From Patescibacteria group bacterium (GTDB taxonomy: Bacteria; Patescibacteriota; Patescibacteriia; JAHIZJ01), in contig JAQTMH010000002.1 in the NCBI GenBank assembly GCA_028714495.1, forward strand, positions 163,714-227,713: a DNA stretch of 64,000 nucleotides, written 5' to 3'. This document shows, piece after piece, positions 39,010-47,870 of this stretch. Position 1 is the first letter of the stretch. The number at the start of each line of letters is the position of its first letter. The position numbers and the translations under genes are program-made. Under the pieces are notes generated by a model, which saw only the letters and a program-made list of their open reading frames with translations, did no database searches and was not told where the DNA came from.

Positions 39010-39438
39010 CTATTTTTTATTAGATTTCACTTGAATCTTCACGGTCTTTGGCTTGACGCGTTCCTCCTTCGGAATGGTGATTTTGAGCACTCCATTCTCG
39101 AAGACAGCCTGGGCCCTGTCCCCTTTCACGGCTGTGGGCAGGACCACCGAGCGATGAAAAGAGCCTGACCGGATTTCTTTGCGGTAATAGTCTTTTTCGT
39201 CAACTTCGCTCTTTTTCTCACTTCCGCCCTCGACAGTCAGGACGTCATTCTCGATTGAGATGTTGACGTCTTCGGTTTTGAAGCCCGCCAAAGGGGTTTC
39301 GACCACTACCGAGTCCTTGGTCTGATAGACGTCGATCGCCGGGACAAAGGCGCCTTTTTGGAAAGGTCCAAATTCGCTCAGCCACCGATCCATGTCATCC
39401 CAGGGCTCAATTGAGGGTCGCCATCTGATAATTGCCAT
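39010..39438 (-). CDS. Small heat-shock protein (Hsp20 / alpha-crystallin family)
   Basis: Alpha-crystallin domain PAIDVYQTKDSVVVETPLAGFKTEDVNISIENDVLTVEGG...RSVVLP. Confidence 0.85.
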   Translation of the reverse strand: MAIIRWRPSIEPWDDMDRWLSEFGPFQKGAFVPAIDVYQTKDSVVVETPLAGFKTEDVNISIENDVLTVEGGSEKKSEVDEKDYYRKEIRSGSFHRSVVLPTAVKGDRAQAVFENGVLKITIPKEERVKPKTVKIQVKSNKK

Positions 39439-39496
39439 ATTTATTTCCTCTTCATTTAATTATTAATTCTGAATTTTTAATTTTGAATTATACTTC

Positions 39497-40009
39497 TTAC
39501 TTCGCTACTTTAACCCGCGCCGGCATCAGAAGCTTGTCGTGCAAGCTAAAGCCGGTTTTCACTTCTTCGACAATCGTGCCCGAAGCCTCTTCGCTCTGAA
39601 TTTGCTCTACCGCTTCGTGGACAGCCGGATCAAACTTTTCACCGACAGTCGGGATTTCCTTGACGCCGAAATAAGCCAGGGTTTTTTCGAGATTCGTCTG
39701 GATATGCCGGATGCCCTCAACCCAGTCAGAGGCTTTTAAATCTTCCGGCAAATGCTTGAAAGCCTGCTTGAAATGATCCACCAGCGGCAAGAGTTCGCGC
39801 AACAGGCCCTCATTGGCATACTGAACAAATTCCAGCTGCCTTTTGTCCGTCTCTTTCTGGAGATTGGCGTAATCGGCCTTGGCCCGCTTCCAGCCGTTTA
39901 AATATTCTTCAGCCTGTTTTTTCAGTTTTTCCAGCTCGCCTTTCGTTGAAGCGTCCGCCTCAGAAGTTTTTTGTTCGCTCGGCGTTTGGGTAATTTTCTG
40001 GTCGCTCAT
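39497..40009 (-). CDS. grpE: Nucleotide exchange factor GrpE
   Basis: Coiled-coil N-region, then LLPLVDHFKQA and the beta-sheet C-terminal domain. Start chosen at MSDQKIT to avoid overlapping hrcA; the ORF track extends to 40072. Confidence 0.8.
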   Translation of the reverse strand: MSDQKITQTPSEQKTSEADASTKGELEKLKKQAEEYLNGWKRAKADYANLQKETDKRQLEFVQYANEGLLRELLPLVDHFKQAFKHLPEDLKASDWVEGIRHIQTNLEKTLAYFGVKEIPTVGEKFDPAVHEAVEQIQSEEASGTIVEEVKTGFSLHDKLLMPARVKVAK

Positions 40010-40019
40010 TTTTAAATAA

Positions 40020-40718
40020 TTATTTGCTAAGTAAATTCCGAGTGTATTCCAGCAGAGCCCGGTGCCGTTCATAGGGCATGCGAATCGGTCCGAGTATGCC
40101 GAACATGCCCGCGGGTATTTTGCCGCCGCCGTATTTGGTCAGGAGGACGCCGCAGGTTTGGCCAAAGGGATTATGCTTGCCCAGTAAAATTTCAACCCGG
40201 GGTCTGATTCGCGGGAATATTTCCTCCATCACTTCATCCAGGTGATCGACAATCTGAGAAAAATTCTGGATTAAATCAATCTCGGCGAATTCAGGCTGGC
40301 GGAAAAGATTGGACAGTCCGGTGTAATATGAATCCCGGGGCGCGAACCCGACAATTACCGCGACTGATGAAAGGTCAGCCACTGCCTTGGCCAGCTCGCG
40401 GATTACTAATCCGTACTGTCCGCGGTGAGCTGATAGAACTCTCTGTAATCTTTGCTGTTCAGCCTTATCCAGTTCCCGCTCATGCAAAAAATTAGCCACG
40501 TAATATTCATAGGCCTTAGTCGTCGGGATTCGGCCGGCTGACGTATGCGGCTGTTCAATCAAACCAACCCGCTCCAGCTCTATCATATCATTGCGGATAG
40601 TGGCCGAGCTGATGTCTTTGAGATACTTTTCCACGATAACCTTCGAGCCGACCGGCCGTGAATGCCGGATGTGCTCGGTAATTATCGCCAATAATAGCTG
40701 CTTTTCTCTTTCGGTCAT
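40020..40718 (-). CDS. hrcA: Heat-inducible transcription repressor HrcA (short form, 232 aa)
   Basis: N-terminal winged helix LLLAIITEHIRHSRPVGSKVIVEKY. A CIRCE operator lies directly upstream. Confidence 0.75.
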   Translation of the reverse strand: MTEREKQLLLAIITEHIRHSRPVGSKVIVEKYLKDISSATIRNDMIELERVGLIEQPHTSAGRIPTTKAYEYYVANFLHERELDKAEQQRLQRVLSAHRGQYGLVIRELAKAVADLSSVAVIVGFAPRDSYYTGLSNLFRQPEFAEIDLIQNFSQIVDHLDEVMEEIFPRIRPRVEILLGKHNPFGQTCGVLLTKYGGGKIPAGMFGILGPIRMPYERHRALLEYTRNLLSK

Positions 40719-40727
40719 AGATATCTA

Positions 40728-40754
40728 TTAGCACTCTTTATATCCGAGTGCTAA
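40728..40754. promoter_or_regulatory. CIRCE operator: TTAGCACTC, 9-nt spacer, GAGTGCTAA
   Basis: Perfect consensus CIRCE inverted repeat 10 nt upstream of the hrcA start codon. On the minus strand a TTGACA -35 lies at 40783-40788, with AT-rich -10 candidates between. Confidence 0.8.
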
Positions 40755-40817
40755 TTGTATAATATAATAAGAAAAAAGGGGTGTCAAGACCTATCCCCCG
40801 TTCCTACCCAATTTCTT

Positions 40818-41963
40818 TTATTTGGCCTTAATTAGCCTAGATTTCTTAACCTTATTCAGCACTTCTTTATAATACTTCTCAATCTCCAAAGTTACCTTTG
40901 GCCAGGAATAGCGCAGGGCTTCGGCTCTCCCCTGCCGTCCCATCTGCGTGCGCAGTTTTTTCTGCTTGAGGAGCTCGATCACCTTTTCGGCTATTTTTAT
41001 CGGCTGTTTTATTGGAATAAGAAAGCCGGTCCGGCCATTTTTTACTACCGAGTTATAGCCTTCGATATCCGATGCCACCACTGGCACGCCCGAAGCCAGT
41101 GCCTCAATCAATACGATTCCGAAGCTTTCGCCTTCAGTGGCCGGTGAACAAAAAACATCGGCGGTTCGATAGTACCGGGGCAAATCTTCGGCTGAGACAA
41201 AGCCGGCGAAATGAATTCGGTCAATGATATTTTCGCTGATTTGGGTCCGGTAATATTCCTGGAGAATCCCGCCGCCCACGACAATCAATCTGGTTTTAGG
41301 AACGGCGGCGATAATCAATGGCATGGCCTTGATTAGATGCTTCAGCCCCTTCCTCGGATCCATCCGGCCGACAAAAAGAATATTAAAAAAGCCGTTACGG
41401 AATTCCTCTAACGGTTTTACGGCTGGACTGAAGCGTTCAGTGTCCACGCCGTTTGGGATAATCCGATAGTCTCCTGGGAAATATTTGCTAAAAAATGTTT
41501 TAGCGTCCTGGGATACCGCGATCCGGCCGTTTAGCTTTTTAAAATATCCCTCCAGCAGCCTTTGAAAAAAATTAAAACCATTAGAACTTTTCATGTATGA
41601 ATGGAACGTGCCGACCTTAGGCGCCCGGATAACCTTGGCGGCGACCAAGGGCAGCACCGGATCAACCGGCGAATGGATATGAACTATATCAAACTTTTTT
41701 TCCCGCTCGATTGCCCGAAGCTGCTGGGCCAATCGCCAGCCAATCGTCACGTTGCCAAAAGCCCCGTTGCTCGGCACAGTCAGGTCAAAGCCGATCCGCC
41801 TGACCAACGGGCTGTCATAAAGCCTATCCTCCCGGCCGAAATTCGCCGTGATGATAGTCACGTCGTGCCCGCGCTTTTTCAGCTCCAGAGCCGTGTGATG
41901 CACGTGTTCAGTCACCCCTCCGTGAATGGGAAAATAGGCCTGCGAGATAATGCCAATTCTCAT
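40818..41963 (-). CDS. Glycosyltransferase family 1/4 (GT-B)
   Basis: EGESFGIVLIEALASGVPVVASD signature. The N-terminal domain reads GGVTEHVHHTA. Confidence 0.75.
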   Translation of the reverse strand: MRIGIISQAYFPIHGGVTEHVHHTALELKKRGHDVTIITANFGREDRLYDSPLVRRIGFDLTVPSNGAFGNVTIGWRLAQQLRAIEREKKFDIVHIHSPVDPVLPLVAAKVIRAPKVGTFHSYMKSSNGFNFFQRLLEGYFKKLNGRIAVSQDAKTFFSKYFPGDYRIIPNGVDTERFSPAVKPLEEFRNGFFNILFVGRMDPRKGLKHLIKAMPLIIAAVPKTRLIVVGGGILQEYYRTQISENIIDRIHFAGFVSAEDLPRYYRTADVFCSPATEGESFGIVLIEALASGVPVVASDIEGYNSVVKNGRTGFLIPIKQPIKIAEKVIELLKQKKLRTQMGRQGRAEALRYSWPKVTLEIEKYYKEVLNKVKKSRLIKAK

Positions 41964-42053
41964 TGAGTATCAAAAAAAGAGTTTATCGAACTCTTGTATT
42001 GTAGCGGAAAAATGAGAGAGAGTAAACCTAGCAATCCGCACAATTTACTGACT

Positions 42054-42127
42054 GGTACCGCTACCGGGAGTCGAACCCGGGTTACCAGGATGAGAACCTG
42101 GCGTCCTAGCCCCTAGACGATAGCGGC
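42054..42127 (-). tRNA. tRNA-Glu (anticodon CUC)
   Basis: The reverse complement reads GCCGCTATCGTCTAGGGGCTAGGACGCCAGGTTCTCATCCTGGTAACCCGGGTTCGACTCCCGGTAGCGGTACCA. It forms a cloverleaf with anticodon loop TTCTCAT and an encoded CCA. Confidence 0.8.
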
Positions 42128-42139
42128 ATGTTTACACCT

Positions 42140-42248
42140 GTAGGCGAACAAGCGCTTGTTCGCCTACGGAAATTATTACGTACCAAGTGTACGAAAAATT
42201 TATAAAAGCGTCAATATAATGCAGGCGAGGATGATCATCCTCGCCTAC
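42140..42248. repeat. REP-like palindromes with GTAGGCG arms flanking an AT-rich spacer (second cluster)
   Basis: gtaggcgaacaagcgcttgttcgcctac (42140-42167) and gcaggcgaggatgatcatcctcgcctac (42221-42248). Same family as the 36603-36780 cluster. Confidence 0.55.
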
Positions 42249-42279
42249 GGCACTTATTTATTACCAATCAACCAATCAA

Positions 42280-43308
42280 CTATTTCCTATTCTTGACTTT
42301 CTTTCCTATGTACACTGCCATCTCGGCTAAACGGCAGGAATAGGCCCATTCATTGTCATACCAGGCGATAACTTTTGCCAAATCTCCGTCAACAACCTTG
42401 GTGAGTTCCAAATCAACAATCCCGGAAAATTCATTGCCGATATAATCCGATGAAACCAGGGGCTCGCTGGATACGCCAAGAATGCCCTGGTACCTGGGGC
42501 TCTTCGAAGCGCGGATCAGTACTCGGTTAATCTCCTCGGCCGTTACCTTTCTTTTGAGCAGCATCGTAAAATCAGAAAGCGATACTACCGGAGTTGGGAC
42601 GCGGATCGATAAGCCGTCAAAATGGTTTTTCAGCTCGGGAACGGCTTCGGTCACAGCTACGGCAGCGCCGGTCGTGGTCGGGACAATGTTCTCGGCCGCT
42701 CCCCTGGCTCGACGCAAATCCTTATGCGGCCCGTCCTGGAGATTCTGATCGGCGGTGTATGAGTGAACCGTGGTCATAAACGACTTTTTCACGCCAAAAT
42801 GCTCATGGATGACCTGAATGACCGGCGCGATGCAGTTGGTGGTGCAGGAACCCATATTTATCACCGGCTCGCCTTTGAAATTCTTCTCGTTAACGCCCAG
42901 CAGAAGCGTCGGCACTCCCCCACCCTTGGCCGGAGCCGAGATAATCACTTGCTTGGCGCCGGCTTTTATATGGAGCGAGGCGTCTTCCTTAGTCGTGAAC
43001 CGTCCGGTACATTCGAGAACGATATCCACGCGGTATTTTTTCCAGGGAAGTTTAATCGGGTCTTTCACGGCCAATACCTTATAAGCCTTGCCGTCTACCA
43101 CGATCGCGTCCTTCCTGGCTTTCACCGGCCGGTGGCACTCCCGATAGCTGGTGTCGTGTTTCAAGAGATGGGCCAGGGTGGCGGGTTCGGTCAAATCGTT
43201 AATTGCCACAATTTCCACGGCTGGCTTGTTCAGCAGGGCTTTGAAAGTATTCCGGCCGATCCGGCCGAAGCCGTTGATTGCCACTCGAATTTTTTGTGGA
43301 TTTTTCAT
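42280..43308 (-). CDS. gap: Glyceraldehyde-3-phosphate dehydrogenase
   Basis: INGFGRIGRN and the active-site SCTTNCIAP motif. Confidence 0.9.
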   Translation of the reverse strand: MKNPQKIRVAINGFGRIGRNTFKALLNKPAVEIVAINDLTEPATLAHLLKHDTSYRECHRPVKARKDAIVVDGKAYKVLAVKDPIKLPWKKYRVDIVLECTGRFTTKEDASLHIKAGAKQVIISAPAKGGGVPTLLLGVNEKNFKGEPVINMGSCTTNCIAPVIQVIHEHFGVKKSFMTTVHSYTADQNLQDGPHKDLRRARGAAENIVPTTTGAAVAVTEAVPELKNHFDGLSIRVPTPVVSLSDFTMLLKRKVTAEEINRVLIRASKSPRYQGILGVSSEPLVSSDYIGNEFSGIVDLELTKVVDGDLAKVIAWYDNEWAYSCRLAEMAVYIGKKVKNRK

Positions 43309-43345
43309 AAGAAATATTACTAAATTGTTAATTTAATGTTGCTGA

Positions 43346-43855
43346 CTAATCGGGACAACGAGTCGACCAGGTCACTGCTGGTTCGCCTTGAATAAAAGAA
43401 GTCGGAGGAATGTTACAATTATTTTCTTGGGGTCCCTTTTCCAGCATGAAGTAAAGCGCGTAGGAATGGGTTCTGCCCCCCTGGTCTGTAGCGTCTGTCA
43501 TATAAACGTACATATTTTGATTTGGATTAGCGTGACTGCCAGGGTCTCGAGGTGGCGGGGTGATATATTCTTGCAGCCAAGGGATCCAGTATTGAACAGC
43601 TGACATTGAATTGCATGTCCATCTACCGCTGCCAGGAGGAGACTCTTCACAACCGCTTGGCGGGTAGTTTGTATTATCATGATAATACAAAGCCATAGCT
43701 GTCTGGAGAGTTGAAATATCAGCTCGCCGCCTGGCATCACGGGCTTTAGCGCGGGAATCCTGCAATGTTATTATCAGCATAGTGGACAGCAGGCCGATTA
43801 TGGCAATCACCACGAGCAATTCAACCAGAGTAAAACCTTTCTTGTGGTGCTCCAT
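43346..43855 (-). CDS. Type IV pilin / pseudopilin-like protein (prepilin N-terminal methylation motif)
   Basis: The N-terminus KKGFTLVELLVVIAIIGLLS is a class III signal peptide (G|FTLVE). It lies between gap and fba. Confidence 0.65.
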   Translation of the reverse strand: MEHHKKGFTLVELLVVIAIIGLLSTMLIITLQDSRAKARDARRRADISTLQTAMALYYHDNTNYPPSGCEESPPGSGRWTCNSMSAVQYWIPWLQEYITPPPRDPGSHANPNQNMYVYMTDATDQGGRTHSYALYFMLEKGPQENNCNIPPTSFIQGEPAVTWSTRCPD

Positions 43856-43856
43856 T

Positions 43857-44711
43857 TTATATCTTATTCGCTGAACCTAATATATTTATTTTCTCTTTGA
43901 CCAGATTCTTGATCGCCTCGATCGTCGGCGCCATCAGGCCTCGAGCGCCATCGATATGCTGGTTGGCCTGAATCGTTTGGCGGATCGAATCGACAAAAAG
44001 ATTCTTTATCTCGGTGCCGAAATTAATCTTGGTTATGCCGCTTTTTATCGCTTGGCTTATTTCCGAATCCGGCAAGCCAGACGCTCCGTGAAGAACTAAC
44101 GGCAGGTCGGTAATTCCCTTAATTTCGCGCAGTAAATCAAAATGGATTTTTTCATTGTCAAACTTTCCGTGGACCGTGCCCAGGGCCGCGGCCAAAAGAT
44201 CCACTTCAGTGCGTTCGATAAATTCACTGACTTCGCCCGGATTGGCTAGGGGGATTTTACCTTTGAATTCCCCGGACTCGCCGTGACCGCCGTAAATCGC
44301 TCCCAGCTCGCCTTCAACCCAAATCTTGCGCAAATGGGCGTATTCGACCACTTGGCTGGTTAAATTAATATTCTCATCAAAAGGCAGGTGCGAACCATCG
44401 ATTTGCACTGAGGTAAAGCCCTCCTCAATGCAGGCCTTAGCTGAAGCCAGACTTCGGCCATGATCGAGGTGCAAGGCAATGGGCACGCTCACGCCCTGAT
44501 TCTCGGCGATGCTTCGAACCAGCTGGGCAATCGTCTCGCAGCCAGCGAAAGCGATGGTGAATTCCGAAACTCCGATAATAACCGGCGAACGCATTTCCAC
44601 GGCGGCCTCGGCAATTGCCAGCGTAGATTCAAGATTATAGGTGATAAAACAGCCGATGCCGTAGCCCTCTTTTTTCGCCCGGTTTATAAGATAGTCGGTT
44701 TTTATTAACAT
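43857..44711 (-). CDS. fba: Class II fructose/tagatose-bisphosphate aldolase
   Basis: LHLDHG metal-binding motif, VQIDGSHLPFDENI and LVLHGASG. Confidence 0.85.
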   Translation of the reverse strand: MLIKTDYLINRAKKEGYGIGCFITYNLESTLAIAEAAVEMRSPVIIGVSEFTIAFAGCETIAQLVRSIAENQGVSVPIALHLDHGRSLASAKACIEEGFTSVQIDGSHLPFDENINLTSQVVEYAHLRKIWVEGELGAIYGGHGESGEFKGKIPLANPGEVSEFIERTEVDLLAAALGTVHGKFDNEKIHFDLLREIKGITDLPLVLHGASGLPDSEISQAIKSGITKINFGTEIKNLFVDSIRQTIQANQHIDGARGLMAPTIEAIKNLVKEKINILGSANKI

Positions 44712-44715
44712 AATT

Positions 44716-45483
44716 CTATTTTGATAATTTTGTTACTTGCACCAACTTTGTAAATTCTTCCAGGTTCAGGCTGGCTGTTCCAACCAGACCGCCAACCACA
44801 TACCTAAGTTTGAGAAAATCTCCGATGTTTCCAGAGTCAATGCTACCGCCGTAAATAATCCGAAAATTCTTCATTATCAGATCCAGCGGAAACAGGTCGA
44901 CTAAAGTTTGATGGATCAATTCCACCATCAAGGCGACTTCCGAAGGTTCAGCCGGTATTCCCGTGCCGATAGCCCAGATTGGTTCATAGGAAATGACTGT
45001 TGGTTGGTCGCCTTTAATATTTTTTAGGGCGGCTTTGAGCTGACTTATAACCTTGACCTCTTTCTTCCCGGCCTGGCGTTCATCAAGACTCTCTCCGACA
45101 CAGATAATAGGCGTAAGTCCGTGGCTAATGGCGCTTAACGCTTTTTTGTTGACCATATCATCTGTCTCGCCTAAATTCCGGCGGCGCTCTGAGTGGCCGA
45201 CAATGCAGTATCTGGCGCCAGCGTCTTTCAACATCCCAGCCGAAACACCTCCGGTCAATGCCCAGTTCTCTCCCCAGGCCATGTCCTGCGCTCCCAAAAT
45301 AAGCTTGGTCGGCTTTAATATCTTGCTCACTTCTATCAGTCCCAAGTGGGTCGGACAGACTACCACTTCGGCTTTTTCGGCAAAACGTTCAAGCTTGACC
45401 GCGAATTGCTTCGCTAAACCAACCTCTTCATTCAGCAAAAGGTTCATTTTCCAGTTGGCGATAATCAGCGGCTTTTTATCCAT
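44716..45483 (-). CDS. tpiA: Triosephosphate isomerase
   Basis: IIANWKMN, IVGHSERR and ISYEPIWAIGTG. Confidence 0.9.
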   Translation of the reverse strand: MDKKPLIIANWKMNLLLNEEVGLAKQFAVKLERFAEKAEVVVCPTHLGLIEVSKILKPTKLILGAQDMAWGENWALTGGVSAGMLKDAGARYCIVGHSERRRNLGETDDMVNKKALSAISHGLTPIICVGESLDERQAGKKEVKVISQLKAALKNIKGDQPTVISYEPIWAIGTGIPAEPSEVALMVELIHQTLVDLFPLDLIMKNFRIIYGGSIDSGNIGDFLKLRYVVGGLVGTASLNLEEFTKLVQVTKLSK

Positions 45484-45512
45484 AAATCACTTCTAATTAT
45501 ATCACACTTCTA

Positions 45513-45672
45513 GGACTTACGCGTTTGAGCCAAGTTCGAGGAAAAATGCGAGGATTTTGCGAGGCGTAGTCAAACTACGACGAGTAAAAACGAAGCATTT
45601 TGACGAAGAAATTGGCCAAAGCCGCTTGCTGACCCGGCTTCGCCGGGCCGAAAGCGGCAAGCGCGTAAGTCC
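45513..45672. repeat. MITE-like intergenic repeat, copy 2 (160 bp)
   Basis: Matches 13108-13284 (same TIR ggacttacgcg/cgcgtaagtcc and same internal core gcgaggattttgcgaggcgtagtcaaactacgacgagtaaaaacg). It is flanked by TA on both sides. Confidence 0.6.
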
Positions 45673-46601
45673 TAAATGGACCAGCGCCAGTTTTCAAATG
45701 TCCAGGTTATCAAGCCCTTAATCTCCTGAAAACGGCTTTCCGAGCTCTCGGAACCTAAAACAACTAAAATAACTTTGTGCCCTTGACCGTCGTCAGTTCG
45801 CACGACCAGACAATTACCCGCTTCATTGGTAAAGCCGGTCTTACTGCCGGTCATTCTGACAAAAGATTCAAAAAGCTTATTGGTGTTTGTAATCGTTACG
45901 ACTCGCCGGCTGCCGATTGGTTCAAAAAGGTATTCCGGCAAACTGGTGGCTTCGCTGATAAAAGAATTGTTAAAGGCGTAATTCGCGAGCTGGGCTATTT
46001 CCAGGGCGGTTGAAACATTGCCCGAGCTTAAACCCGTAACGTCGACAAATTTGGTATGGCTTAAACCCAGATCCTTGGCCCGCTGATTCATGGTTGCGAT
46101 AAAAGACTCTTCGCTTTTGCCGCTTAATCTGGCCAGGGCCTTGGTCGCGTTATTAGCCGAGCCAACCAAGCTGGCGTGAAAAAGGTCTCCCACGATCAGA
46201 TGTTCGCCATCTTTGAGCTCCAGGTTTCCGCCTTCAACCTGGTCCGCAGCGGTAAGCTCCGCTTCTTGGCCAAAATTGGGATTTGATTCGAGAAAGACTA
46301 GGGCAGTCATCAACTTTGTCAGGCTGGCGATCGGCCTGACTTCCTCAACATTCTTCTGGAATAATAAGCTTTGGCTGGCCGGATCAAAAACTAAAGCCGA
46401 ATGAGCCGTGGTCTCGATGCCCAAACTCTGGGATATTTTGGCCGGGGCCGGCGAGCGGTAAATTTCCGGCTTCAGAGAAATTGCCGGCACGATTTCCACC
46501 TGATGCTCGGTCGTTACTTCCGCGGCCAGGGGTCCAATCAAAAGATCCGGCTGCAATAACCGGCTAGTAAAAAATATTCCAATAATCAGTGAGCTAAGCA
46601 T
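45672..46601 (-). CDS. D-alanyl-D-alanine carboxypeptidase (peptidase S11, PBP5-like)
   Basis: SLTKLMT (SxxK), SGN and KTGFT (KTG) motifs, with an N-terminal signal/TM sequence. Confidence 0.8.
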   Translation of the reverse strand: MLSSLIIGIFFTSRLLQPDLLIGPLAAEVTTEHQVEIVPAISLKPEIYRSPAPAKISQSLGIETTAHSALVFDPASQSLLFQKNVEEVRPIASLTKLMTALVFLESNPNFGQEAELTAADQVEGGNLELKDGEHLIVGDLFHASLVGSANNATKALARLSGKSEESFIATMNQRAKDLGLSHTKFVDVTGLSSGNVSTALEIAQLANYAFNNSFISEATSLPEYLFEPIGSRRVVTITNTNKLFESFVRMTGSKTGFTNEAGNCLVVRTDDGQGHKVILVVLGSESSESRFQEIKGLITWTFENWRWSI

Positions 46602-47157
46602 TTTCTTCCTCGGGTTTTTCCTGGTTTAAAGTCAATACTTTTTCCAGCGTCTCATGGTGAGACAGCTTGTCGTAATCAGGCAGCTCATTGACCTCTCGGA
46701 TGCCTAAGTAGCGGATAAAATCAAAGGTGGTGGTATAAACCGTCAGCATCCGTTCCTTGTCTTCATTAGCCTCGACCAGGCCCTTGATCATCAGATTGCG
46801 CAAAATCAAGCTGCAGTTAACCCCGCGGATCTGCTCCAGCTCGGGCTTGGTAATCGGCCCGCGGTAAGTGACGATGGTCAGCGTTTCTAGAGACGGCTTG
46901 GTTAATTCGCCGAATTGCTCATCCCGCAGGTAAGCCTCGACTACCGAGCGGCTCTCGGGGCTGGTCATCAGCTGCGCCTTGGTGTGGTGGGTAACCAGCT
47001 GGATGCCGCGCTTGGAATCATTGTATTCTTTTTTTAGCTCTTCCAGGGCGGCTTTGACCTCCGCCTCCGCCGCGCCGGTCAGCTCGGCAATTTTACCGAG
47101 GCTTAAGGGCTTGGTCGCCACGAACAGGAGGCTTTCGAGTTTATTCTTGAGAGACAT
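46594..47157 (-). CDS. scpB: Segregation and condensation protein B
   Basis: Two winged-helix ScpB repeats (LESLLFVATKPLSLGKIAEL...). Start placed at the internal Met to limit the overlap with scpA; the ORF track extends to 47208. Confidence 0.7.
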   Translation of the reverse strand: MSLKNKLESLLFVATKPLSLGKIAELTGAAEAEVKAALEELKKEYNDSKRGIQLVTHHTKAQLMTSPESRSVVEAYLRDEQFGELTKPSLETLTIVTYRGPITKPELEQIRGVNCSLILRNLMIKGLVEANEDKERMLTVYTTTFDFIRYLGIREVNELPDYDKLSHHETLEKVLTLNQEKPEEENA

Positions 47158-47851
47158 GTTCTTCGTATGTCTTAATGGTAATTTCTTCAAACGTGCTTTT
47201 TTGAACAACCACGATGGTTTCTTGTTTAATGAGTTCGAGCAAGGCCAGAAAAGTCACGATAATGTCGGTCCGGGTTTTGGCCTGGTTGAGCAGAGAGCGA
47301 AAATCGGTCTGGGCTTGGCTGGCAATAAAATCTTTTATCTGGGCGATTTTTTCCTGGATTGAAATAGTCCGTTCGATGACCGCTTCAGGCAGGCTGATAA
47401 GCGGCTCAAGCCGGTTAATTATTCCCAGCATCATTTTACGAAGATCTTCAATTTCCAGACCCGCCGGCGGAGTGAATATGGGCTCTAAAAAGGCTCGGCT
47501 GACCTCCCGGGTGTAGGTGAAGCGCTTTTTCCGGATCAGCCGAAGCAGCCCTTTTGACGCCTCGAGATATTCCTTGTAAATCTTGAGTTGCTGCTCGAGA
47601 TCAATCTCGTCCTCCTCGGGCTGCAGGATCGGCAGCAAGGTCTTCGACTTGATCAAAAGAAGCTTGGCCGCCACGACCAAAAAATCTGCCAATTCTTCGG
47701 CTTTAATATTTTCAAGAGTTTCCAGGTGAGCCAGGTATTGATCGGTAACTTTGGCCAGCGAGACTGTGGTAATATCAAGCTTTTCCTCCTCAATCAGCTT
47801 CAGCAAGAGATCAAGCGGCCCTTCGAATTGCTCAAGGGTGATTTTGTACAT
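47141..47851 (-). CDS. scpA: Segregation and condensation protein A
   Basis: FEGPLDLLLKLIEEEKLDI N-terminal signature and a kleisin-like C-terminus. Confidence 0.75.
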   Translation of the reverse strand: MYKITLEQFEGPLDLLLKLIEEEKLDITTVSLAKVTDQYLAHLETLENIKAEELADFLVVAAKLLLIKSKTLLPILQPEEDEIDLEQQLKIYKEYLEASKGLLRLIRKKRFTYTREVSRAFLEPIFTPPAGLEIEDLRKMMLGIINRLEPLISLPEAVIERTISIQEKIAQIKDFIASQAQTDFRSLLNQAKTRTDIIVTFLALLELIKQETIVVVQKSTFEEITIKTYEEHVSQE

Positions 47852-47870
47852 TCAAAATATCCGATTTTTA

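Noticed and set aside
42763-43323. A 186-aa plus-strand ORF overlapping gap. Similar antisense ORFs overlap dnaK (38067-38588), the P-type ATPase (56069-57455), tpiA (45053-45496), the ugd/glycan genes (60-374, 1047-1325, 8150-8497) and metK (9296-9685).
   Set aside because: All lie antisense to genes with strong protein-family signatures and lack motifs. They are spurious.
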